A DNA stretch of 64,000 nt from Somniosus microcephalus (lineage: Eukaryota), in assembly GCA_052327205.1 (NCBI GenBank), contig JBMRGM010000039.1, forward strand, positions 7,874,001-7,938,000, given 5' to 3'. Below, piece by piece: positions 13,284 through 24,549 of this stretch. How positions within the stretch are numbered: position 1 is the first letter of the stretch; every line of letters begins with the position of its first letter. A model generated the notes under the pieces. The model was not told the DNA's origin, searched no databases, and was given only the letters and a program-made list of their open reading frames with translations. The position numbers and the translations under genes were made by a program.

Positions 13284-16200
13284 TGATTTTCCATTGGAAT
13301 GTGCTATTGCATTGCAAATGATGATTATATTGCAAAGTGATATTGCATTAAAATGTACCATTGCATTGCAAATGACTTTTATATTGCAAACAGATATTCC
13401 ATTTCCATATTTCATTGCATTGCAAATGGCGATTATGTTGCAGAGTGATATTCCATTACAATGTGCTATTGCATTGGAAATGACTATTTTATAGCAATGT
13501 GATATTTCATTGCAATTTGCTAATGCATTGCAAATGACAATTATATTGCAAAGTGATGTTCCACTGCAACCTTCTATTGAATTGCATGTTGACTATTATA
13601 TTGCTGCGTGATATTAGATTGCATTGTTCTTTTGCATGGCAAATGATGATTATATTTCAAAGCAATAGTCCATTGCTATTTGCTATTGTATTGCAAATGA
13701 CTATTATATTGCAAAGTGATATCCCATTGCAAGGTGCTGTTGCATTTCAAATGACGCTTATATTGCAAAGCGATATTCCATTGCAATGTGCTATTTCATT
13801 GCAAATGATGATTGTATTGCAAAGTGATATTCCATTGCAATGTGCTATTGCATTGCTAATGATGATAATATTGCAAAGCAATATTCCATTGCCATGTGTG
13901 ATTGAATTGTAAATTAATATTGTATTGCCAATTGATATTCCGTTACAATATTCTATTGCATTGCAAATGACGGTTATAGTGCAAAGCGATATTCAAGTGC
14001 AATGTGCTATTGCATTGCAAATAGCGGTTATATTGCCAAGTGATTTTCCATTGCAAAGTTCCATTGCATTGCAAATGACGTTGATATTGCTAAGTAATAT
14101 TCCATTGCAATGTTCTATTGCATTACAAATGACTACGATATTGTTAAGTGATATTCCATTGCAATGTTCTGTCATATTGCAAATGGCGATTAAATTGCAA
14201 AGCAAAATTCCATTGCTTTGTGCTATTGCATAGCAAATGACTATTATATTGCAGTGATATTCCGTTACAATGTTATATTTTATTAGAAATGGCTACGATA
14301 TTGTTTAGTGAGATTCCATTGCAATGGCTATTGTATTGCACATGACTATTATATTGCAGTCAGATTCCATTGCAAGTGCAGAATCCACTCCAACGCACAA
14401 TTATATTGCAAATGTATATTCAATTGAAATGTTCTATGCAATTGCAAATGACTATTATATTGCAAAGAGATATTCCATTGCAATTTCCTATTGCATGGCA
14501 TGACTATTATCTTGCAAAGTGATGTTACATTGCAATTTTCTATCACATTGAAAATCACTGTTATATGACAAAGTGATGTTCCATTGTAATGTCCAGTTGT
14601 TATGTTGCATTACAAATGACGATTATATATCAAAGCAAAATTCCAGTGCAATGTTCTATTGCATTGCAAATGACTATGATATTGCTAAGTGATATTGCAT
14701 TGAATCGTTCTATTGCATTTCCAATGACAGTTATATTACAAACTGATATTCCATTGCAGTGTTCTATTGCACTTCAAATGACTATTGTATTGCAAAGTGA
14801 TATTCCATTGCAATGTGCTATTGCATTGCATATTAATATTTTATTTTAAAGTGAGATTCCATTGCAATGTTCTATTGCATTGGAAATGACGATTACATTG
14901 TAAAGTGATATTACATTGCAATGTGCTATTGCTTGCAAATGACGATTATATTGCAAAACGATATTCCATTGCAATGTGCTATTGAATAGTGAATTAATAT
15001 TGTATTGCAAAGTGATATTCCATTGCAATGTTCTATTGCATTGCAAATGACGATTATATTTCAAAGTAATATTCAATTGCAACGTGCAATTGATTTGCAA
15101 ATGAAGATTATATTGCAAAGTGATATTCCATTGTAATATTCCATTGCATTGCAAATGAGGGTTATATTTCTAAGTGATACTCCATTGCAATGTTCTATTT
15201 CATTACAAATGACAACGATATTGTTAAGTGATGTTCCATTGCAATATTCTATTATATTGCAAATGACGATTAAATTGCAAAGTGATATTCCATTGCTAAG
15301 TGCAATTGCATTGCAAATGACTATTATATTGCAAAGTAATTTTCCATTGCAAAGTTCCATTGCATTGCAAATGACGTTTATATTGCTGAGTGATATTCCA
15401 CTGCAATGTTCTATTGCATTACAAATGACTACGCTATTGTTTAGTGAGATTCCATTGCAATGGCTATTGCAGTCAGAGTCCTTTGCAAGTGCAGAATCCA
15501 CTGCAAAGTACAATTATATTGCAAATGGATATTCAATTGAAATGTTCTATTCAATTGCAAATGACTATTATATTGCAAAGAGATTTTCCATTTCAATTTC
15601 CTATTGCATGGCATGACTATTATCTTGCAAAGTTATTTGACATTGCAATTTTCTATTACATTGAAAACCACTGTTATATTAAAAAGTGAAGTTTCCTTGT
15701 AATGTCCAATTGTTCTTTGGCATTGCTAATGACGATTATATTTCAAAGCAAAATTCCAGTGCAATGTTCTATTGCATTGCCAATGACTATGCTATTGCTA
15801 AGCGATATTCCATTGAATTGTTCTATTGCATTTCTAATGACAGTTATATTACAAAATTATATTCCATTGCAGTGTTCTATTGCACTGCAAATGATTATTG
15901 TATTGCAAAGTGATATTCCATTGCAATCTGCTATTGCATTGCAAATTAATATTATATTTTAAAGTGAGATTCCATTGCAATGTTTTATTGCATTGCAAAT
16001 GACGATTACATTGCAAAGTGATATTACATTGCAATGTGCTATTGCATTGCAAATGACGATTATATTTCAAATTAATATTCAATTGCAATGTGCTATTGCA
16101 TTGCAAATGACGATAACATTGCAAATTGATATTCCATTGCAATGTTCCATTGCATTGCAAATGAGGTTTATATTGTTAAGTGATACTCCATTGCAATATT

Positions 16201-17090
16201 CTATTTCATTAGAAATGACGATTAAATTGCAAAGCGGTATGCCATTGCTATGTGCTATTAATTTGCAAATGACTATTGTATTGCGAAGTCAGATTCGATT
16301 GCAAGTGCAGATTCCACTCCAAAACACCATTACATTGCAAATGAATATTCAATTGCAATGTTCTATTGAATTGCAAATGACTATTATATTGCAAAGAGAT
16401 ATTCCATTGCAATGTCGTATTGCATTGCATGACTATTATCTTGCAAAGTGATATTGCATTGCAATTTTCTAGTACATTGAAAATGACTGTTATATTAAGA
16501 AGTGAGATTACATTGCAATGTTCTATTGCATTGCAAATGATGATTATATTCCAAAATGATATTCCATTGCAATGTGCTATTGAATTTCAAATGATTATTC
16601 TATTGCCAAGAGATATTCCATTGCAATATTCTATTGCATTGCAACTGACTATTATATTGCAAAGTGATATTCCATTGCAATGTGGTATTGCATTGCAAAT
16701 GACTATTATATTGCAAAGTGATATTCCATTGCAATATTCTATTGCATTGCAAATGACTGCGATATTGTTAATTGATATTTCATTGCAACATTCTATTGCA
16801 TTGCAAATGTTGATTATATTTCAAAGTGATATTCAATTGCAATGTTCCATTGCATTGCAAATAACTATTATATTGCAAAGTGATATTCCATTGCAATGAG
16901 CAATTGAATTGGAGATGACTATTACATTGCAAAGTCTGATTCCATTGCAAAGGAAGTTTCTGCAACAAAGCACTTTTATATTGCAATGTGATATTCCATT
17001 GCAATGTGCTATTGTATTGCAAATGACGATTAAATTGCAAAGTTATATTCCATTTCAATGTGCTATTGCATTGCAAATCACTTTTATTTG
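13284..17090 (+). repeat. 54-bp TTGCAA satellite, last block
   Basis: Same consensus; contains higher-order duplications. Confidence 0.93.
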
Positions 17091-17119
17091 AAAGAATATT
17101 TTAAGAGGTCATTTTGATT

Positions 17120-17232
17120 GAGGAGGATTCTTGTGATGATTTTCCCTGTGGCAGACAGCAGCCAAACTCCTATGTTATTACCGCAATCGGACTTGTCACC
17201 TTTCTTGAAGAAGGTTATGATTATGGCGTTGG
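17120..17232 (-). mobile_element. Small RTE LINE fragment at the satellite/CT-array junction
   Basis: Minus strand reads IITFFKKGDKSDCGN..GVWLLSATGKIITRILLN, matching the RTE RT at 25565. Confidence 0.7.
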
Positions 17233-19400
17233 ATTGCAGGATGGTATCAGGTAGCAAATAAATTTGAACTATGTCTGTCTTTCTCTGTCTTTACCTCTCT
17301 TTGTCTGTTTCTGTCGCTATCGGTGTCTCTCTCCATATAGAACAATGTCTCTGTCTGTCTGTATCTGTCTACCTGTCTCGTTCTCTGTCTCTCTGTCTCT
17401 GTCTGTCTGTGTTTCGCTATCTGCATCTGTCTGTCAGACTGAGGCTTGTCTGTCTGACTCTGTCTATCTCCCTGTCTGTATGCCTCTTTGTCTACATCTG
17501 TCACTTTGACTGTCTCTTTCTCTGTGTATGTCGATCAATCTCTCTCTGATTGCCTGGGTCTCTGGCTCTCTGTTTCTATGGATATCTCTCTCACTGGTTT
17601 ATCTATCTTCCTGTCTCTCTATCTCTGGTTCTCACGCTCTGTTGTCCCTCTCAGTCCGTGTCTGGCACTGCCTGTCAGATTGTCTCTGCATATCTGTCCC
17701 TGTCTGTATGTCCATGTCTGTGTGTCTGTTTCTGTTGGACTGTCGATGTCCATCTGTGTCTCTGTCACTGTCTGTCTATGTTCTTGTCTGAATGTGTATC
17801 TGTCTGCCTGTGTGTGTCTTTGTGTTTGATTCTCTGTCTGTGTCTGTCTGTCTCTGTCCCTCTCTCTGGCTGTGTCTGTCTTTGCCATTCACTATGTCAG
17901 TTTCAGCTGCTGTCTTTGTCTGCTGTCTGCCTGTCTCAGTCTGTTTGCTTGTCTCTCTGTCTCTCTGTCTGGCCCTGTCATTCTTTGTCTCACTTCTATT
18001 TCTGTCAGTTGATGTTGCTGTCTGTGTTTCAGTACGTCTGCATCCATTTCTTTTTCTGCCTGTCTTTCTCCATCTATTTCATTCTCTGTGTCTACCCCTG
18101 TCTGGCTCTGTCAACCTGAGCCTATTCCTCTGTCTGTCCGTCTGTGCTCTGCCTGTCTGTTTCTGTCTGTCTCTGTCTATTGGTCTGTCTTGGCATGTCA
18201 ATTTACATACCTCTGCCTATGTCTCTCTCTCTGTCTGGCTCTGCCTGTCTTTCTGTCTCTCTCTGTCTCTCCTTGTTGTTGTCTCTCTGTCTCAGTCTGT
18301 CTATATCCCTGTCTGACTCTTTCTCTGTCTTCCTGTTTCTCTGTCCACATACTTCTCTCTGACTATCGTTCTCTCTCTGTCCATCTGTGTCTCTTTTTCT
18401 GTCTGTCTGTCACATTCTGGCTGTGTTTCTCTGTCTCTGTCTGTTCTCTCTCTCTCTCTCTCTGTCAGTTTCTGTCGCAGTCTCTGTCTCTGCCCGTCTG
18501 TGTCCCTCGCTCTGTCATTCTGTCTCTACCTGCCTGTTTCTTTCCCCTGCCTACCTCTGTCTGTTTCTTTGTCTCGTTCTGTCTCTTTCTCTGTCTCTGT
18601 CTGTCCCTCTGTTTCTCTCTGTCTGTCTGTATCTTTTCGCCCATCTCTCTCTCTCTTAATCTCTCTCTCTCTCTCTCTCTCTGGTGTTTCTCCCTCTGTT
18701 GTGTCTGTTAGTCTGAGTCTGTCCCTGCTTCTCCTTCTATCTCTGCATATCTGTCCCTGGTCTGTCACTGTACATCGTTGTCTCTGTTTGTCTATCTCCC
18801 TCTGTCTGTTTCTTGCTGTTGCTGTCTTTCTGGCTCTTTCTGCCTTTGTCTTTCACGCTGGCAGTTTATGTCAGTGGGTTTGTCTGCAGCCTGCCTGTCA
18901 CATTATGTCTGTCTCTGACTGTCTCTATTTCTGTTTGTATCTGTCTTCCTCTCTCCCGTTTTCTCTGTCTTTCTCTCTCTCTCTCTCTTTCTGACATTTG
19001 GGGTTACTGTCTGTTTTCTGTCCATCTGTGCCCCTCTCTCTGTCTGTGTCTCTTTCTCTGTGTTTAACTCTGTCTGGCTCTGTCAGTCTGAGTATATTCC
19101 TCTTTCTGCCTCTCTAACTCTGTCTGTCTCTGTCTTTCTGTGTCTCTGTGTTCCTGTCTCTCTCTATGTATCTGTCTCTCTGCCTATGTCCATCTGACTA
19201 TCTCAGTCTGTCTGTCACTGTCTGTCTGTATCTCTCACTTTGTTTGTCTCTGTCTGTCTCTATCTCTCTACCAGTCTCTGTCTGTTACTTTTTAACTCTC
19301 TCTTTATGTCTGTCCGGGTCTCTGTTTGTGTCTCTCCCTCTGTCTCTGCATATCTCTCTCTGTCGCTGTTTCTGTATGTCTATCTTTCTCCCTTTCTGTC

Positions 19401-22400
19401 TGTGGTAAACCACTGTTATACCTGTCTGCATGTGTATGTGTATTCCACTAGGTACAGGCTGACTCCTCCCACTATTCCCGGTATATAAGTGACTACCTCC
19501 CAGTCCCTAAGTATTCTGGATGGGTCGACCACTCGAGACAAGACCTTCATTCTTTAGTTAATAAAAGCTTGGTTGTTACTCGCTTAACCTCAGTCTTTTA
19601 AGTAATTGATGGCGCAACAATTTTATAAACTAAATTTTTTATAATGGAGAAGATCCTCACACCAGCATGCCTGGACCCGGACAGTCGGGAAGCGGACGCT
19701 TCCACTAAGTTTGCTCACTGGCTCACGTGCTTCGAGACATTCCTGACTGCCTCCACTGCGGTTGTAACGGATGCGGACGAACTGTCTGTCCTGATCTCCA
19801 AGGTGAACCACCGAGTGTACTCAGTCATCCGGGACGCAACCTCGTACACAGCCACCCTCCAGCTCCTCAAGACCCAGTACACGCGCCCTGTGAACGAAGT
19901 ATACGCCAGGCACCTTCTGGGGAGTCGCAAGCAACAACCTGGGGAATCGACTGAGGAATACCTCCAAGCACTGTCCGTGCTTGGCCGGGCCTGTGGGTGT
20001 AAGGCGGTAATGCCCGCTAAGTACACGGAGGAACTGATCCGGGATGCCTTCGTAGCGGGCCACAGGTCCAACTACACCCGACAGCGACTGCTGGAGCAGA
20101 GTGACCTCACCCTCGACAAAGCCTCCGAAATCGCACTAACGCTGCATGCAGCCTACCGGGGCATGGAAGCCTACTCCTCTGCACCGTAGATGCCGCGGGG
20201 AACGACAACCTGGGACACGGTAGGACAGCCCCATAGCACCGTGCCACCCCAGCCACAGCCCAACAACGGCCCAACTACCACAGCAGTGTCCCAAAGCCAG
20301 ACAGCAGTATCCCAAGGCCAGAAATGCTACTTCTGTGGCCAGGCCAAACACCCCAGAGCGCGCTGCCCGGCGAAGAAAGCGACCTGCTCGGGCTGCGGGA
20401 GAAAGGGACACTACGCCAGCGTCTGCAAGGCCAAAGCCACCCCGAATGCCAGCAGCGCCACGTGTGGGCCGTGTGAGCCGCCATCTTGGGCCCCCAACAG
20501 CGCCACTTGTGGGCCGTGCGGGCCGCCATCTTGGGCCTCCCCAGCCATGTGCGAACCACCGCAGCAGCAGCCATCTTGGACGACTCCAGCCACATGGGAA
20601 TCATGGACGCCGCCATCTTGGACACCAGCCAGGACGCAGCAGACCGCCAACCCCCCGCCATCTGATACCCGCAGCGACACACCGACCCCTACGCTGGCCT
20701 CTGTTACGCTGGACCAAACGAGACCGCACCAACTAGCTCGGTCCAATATGGACGTTAAGATAAACGGCCATGCAATAAACTGCCTTTTTGACTCTGGGAG
20801 CACTGAGAGCTTCATCCACCCCGACACGGTGCGGCGTTGCTCTCTCCCAGTCCTGCCTGCGCACCAGCGGAATTCTATGGCCTCCGCGTCCCAGTCAGCG
20901 GACATTCGCGGCTACTGCGTGGTGACACTAGTAGTAGACGGGACTGTGTTCAATAATTTTAAACTCCTGGTCCTGCCCGACCTCTGCGCTGCCGTCCTAC
21001 TGGTGTTGGATTTCGAGTGCCACCTCAAAAGCGTTACGCTGGCGTACGGTGGCCCCCTCCCCCCACTCATAGTCCGCAGCCAGCAGCCTCCAAATTGCCC
21101 CCCGCGCACCAGATGCAACCTCTCCACACTCAGAGTCCCAGCCCCCCCACTGTTTGCTAACCTCACCCCCGACTGTAAGCCTATCGCCACAAAGAGCAGG
21201 CGATACGGTGCCGAGGACAGGGTTTTCATCAAAACCGAAGTGGAGTGGCTCCTGAAGGAGGGGATCATTGAGGGCAGCTCCAGCCCCTGGCGAGCCCAGG
21301 TTGTGGTCGTTAAGACCGGCGAGAAACAATGCCTGGTCATCGACTACAGCCAAACAATAAACCGCTGGACGCCTACCCACTCCCCCGCATAGCTGACATG
21401 GTCAACCAGATCGCGCAGTACCGCGTCTTTTCGACCATTGACCTGAAATCAGCGTACCACCAGCTCCCCATCCGCCCTGAAGACCGCCAATACACTGCTT
21501 TTCAGGCAAACGGCCGCCTCTATCACTTCCTTAGGGTTCCCTTCGTCGTTACCAATGGGGTCTCCGTCTTCCAAAGGGAGATGGACCGGATGGTCGATCA
21601 AAATGCGCTGCAGGCCACTTTCCCTTACCTAGACAATGTGGCCATCTGTGGCCATGACTTGCAGGACCATGACGCAAACCTCGAGAAATTCCTCCGCACC
21701 GCCCAACTCCTGAACCTGACATATAACAAGGAGAAGTGCATATTCCGCACAGACCGCCTCGCCATTCTTGGCTGTGTTGAGGAACACGGGGTCATCGGTC
21801 CCGACCCGGAGCGGATGCATCCCCTTATGGAACTCCCACTGCCCCACTGCCTAAAAGCTCTGAAGAGGTGCCAAGGGTTTTTTTCCTACTACGCTCAGTG
21901 GGTCCCCTACTATGCAGACAAAGCCCGTCCGCTGATCAAAACCACCTCTTTTCCCCTGATGGCAGAGGCCCGCTTGGCCTTCCACTGTATCAAGGAGGAC
22001 ATTGCCAAAGCCACCATGCATGCAGTGGACGAATCCATCCCCTTCCAGGTGGAAAGCGATGCGTCCGACTTCGCTCTGGCCGCCACCCTTAATCAGGCGG
22101 GGAGACCTGTGGCATTCTTCTCATGAACCCTCCAGGGCCCAGAGACCAGACACTCTGCGGTCGAGAAGGAGGCCCAGGCTATTGTGGAGGCTGTGCGTCA
22201 TTGGAGGCACTACCTGGCCGGAAAACGATTTACCCTGCTCACTGACCAGCGTTCAGTTGCTTTTATGTTCAATAACAAGCAGAGGGGCAAAATCAAAAAT
22301 GACAAGATCTTGAGGTGGAGAATCGAACTTTCCACCTACAATTACGAGATCTTGTACCGGCCCGGGAAGCTCAATGAACCCCCGGATGCTCTATCTCGTG

Positions 22401-23835
22401 GCACCTGCGCCAGCGCACAGATCGATAGGCTGAGGGCCCTCCACAATGACCTCTGCCACCCGGGGGTCACCAGGTTCTTCCACTTCATCAAGGCCCGCAA
22501 CCTGCCTTTCTCCATCGAGGAGGTCAGGACCATGACCAAGAACTGCCAAGTCTGTGCTGAGTGCAAACTGCACTTTTATAGACCAGACAGAGCCCTCCTG
22601 ATAAAAGCCACTCGCCCTTTCGAACGCCTGAGCATCGATTTTAAAGGGCCTCTCCCTTCCTCCGACCGCAATGTGCACTTCCTCAACATCATTGACGAGT
22701 ACTCCCGCTTCCCGTTCGCTATCCCCTGACCGGACATGACCAGTGCCACGGTCATTAAATCTCTGAACAGCCTCTTCACCCTGTTCGGTTTCCCCAGCTA
22801 TATCCATAGCGACCGGGGCTCATCGTTTATGAGCAACGAACTCCGCCAGTACCTGCTCGCTAGGGGTATAGCCACAAGCAGGACCACCAGTTACAACCCC
22901 CGGGGGAACGAACAGGTGGAAAGAGAGAATGCAACAGTTTGTAAGGCCACCCTACTAGCCTTAAAGTCTAGGGGCCTTCCGACCTCCCGCTGGCAGGAGG
23001 TGCTCCCCGATGCGCTCCACTCGATTCGGTCACTGCTCTGCACTGCCACCAATGCTACCCCTCACGAGAAAATGTTTGTCTTCCCAAGGAAGTCCACATC
23101 GGGGACATCGTTACCGCCATGGCTGACGTCCCCAGGGCCGGTACTACTGAGAAGACACGTGAGGGCCAATAAAACGGACCCCCTGGTCGAGAGGGTCGAC
23201 CTCCTCCACGCCAACCCCCAGTACGCTTACATTGCGTACCCGGACGGGCGGGAGGACACAGTCTCCATACGAGACTTCGCACCCTCGGGGACCACTGTAA
23301 CCCACTACGACACAGTCTCCATATGAGACCTCGCACTCTCGGGGACCGCTGTAACCCACTACCCATTACCACCCCCCCCCCACGACCCGATATCCAACCC
23401 CAGCAGCCGGCTCACCTTGGACCATCACCCACGAGGATTACACTCCAGGGCCCCAGCCTACACGGGACACGACACGGGACGCGACGCCGGAAGCTCCACC
23501 ACCCCTGCCGTCGCCACGTCGATCACAGCAGCAGACAAGACCTCCGGAGAGACTCCAATACACGAACATTTAAATACACTTCTCCCCACCGGACTCATTT
23601 TTAAACAAGGGGTGAATGTGGTAAACCACTGTTATACCTGTCTGTATGTGTATGTGTATTCCACTAGGTACAGGCTGACTCCTCCCACTATTCCAGGTAT
23701 ATAAGTGACTACCTCCCAGTCCCTTAGTATTCTGGACGGGTCGACCACACGAGACAAGACCTTCATTCTTTTGTTAATAAAAGCCTGGTTGTTACTCGCT
23801 TAACCTCAGTCTTTTGAGTAATTGATGGCGCATCA
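19401..23835 (+). mobile_element. Full-length Ty3/Gypsy LTR retrotransposon A (4435 bp), decayed
   Basis: LTRs of 219 bp at 19401-19619 and 23617-23835 (TG...CA, 9 mismatches). TSD CTGTC. PPT AAACAAGGGGTGAA before the 3' LTR. Domain order Gag-PR-RT-RH-IN. Confidence 0.97.
19644..23326 (+). pseudogene. Gag-Pol polyprotein of Gypsy A
   Basis: Two Zn knuckles (CYFCGQAKHPRARC, CSGCGRKGHYASVC), protease LFDSGS, RT YLDN, RNase H ESDAS...DALSR and integrase HHCC plus DDE. Interrupted by stops at 20187, 22124 and 22727 and a frameshifting deletion near 21365. Confidence 0.92.
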
Positions 23836-24549
23836 CTGTCTGTCTGATTTTGTTCGTCGGTCCCTACTGTCTATTATGTTCCATTTGTGTCTCTGTCTGT
23901 CTTTCTGCTTCTGTCTGTTTCTCTATCTCTGTCTGTCTGAGTCTCCAATTCTCTGTCTGTCTCCATCGCTGTCTGTCTGTGTCTGCCTGTCATTGTCTCT
24001 TAATCTGTCTATCTGTGTGCCTGTCTGTGTCCCTGTTGTGTCCTCTTTTTATCTTTCTATATATCTCTGTATGTCTCTGCCTCTGTCTCGCTGCCTGTGT
24101 CTCTGGCTTTTTCTGTCTCTCTGTCTCTCTCTGATTTTAAGTCTCTGTCTGATTGCCTTTCACAGTCTGCCAGTCTCATTCTGCCTCATTCTCTATCAGT
24201 TTCTGTCAGATTCAGTTTGCCACTGTCTCAGTCTTTCTTTGTCTGTCCTCTCTGTCTCTCAGTCTGTCTCTTTCTGTTTGGCTGTCTCTCTCTGTCTGTC
24301 TGTCACAACCTGTCTGCTTGTCTCTGTCTGTCTCTTGCTGCGTGTCTGTCTCTGTCTGACTGCCTGTCTCAGTGAGTCTGTCTCTGATTGTCTCTATTTC
24401 TGTCTGTCGCTTTCTCCGTCCCTCCGGCTCTATCTTTCTGTCTCTCTCGCTCTCTCTGTCGGTTTGTGTTGCTGTCTCTGTCTCTGTCCGTCTGCGTACC
24501 TCTGCCTGTCTGTTTGTCTGTCTGCCTGTCTCTTTCTATGTGTCTACCT

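Noticed and set aside
191-17091. Many LQSDIPLQCSIALQMTII and CNAIEHCNGI repeat ORFs resembling LRR or Cys-rich proteins
   Set aside because: They are translations of the 54-bp satellite, open in several frames on both strands, with frequent indels and stops and no gene structure.
20187-20189. Possible programmed gag-pol readthrough TAG in Gypsy A
   Set aside because: It lies before the Zn knuckles and Gypsy B is open at the equivalent position, so it is more likely a mutation.
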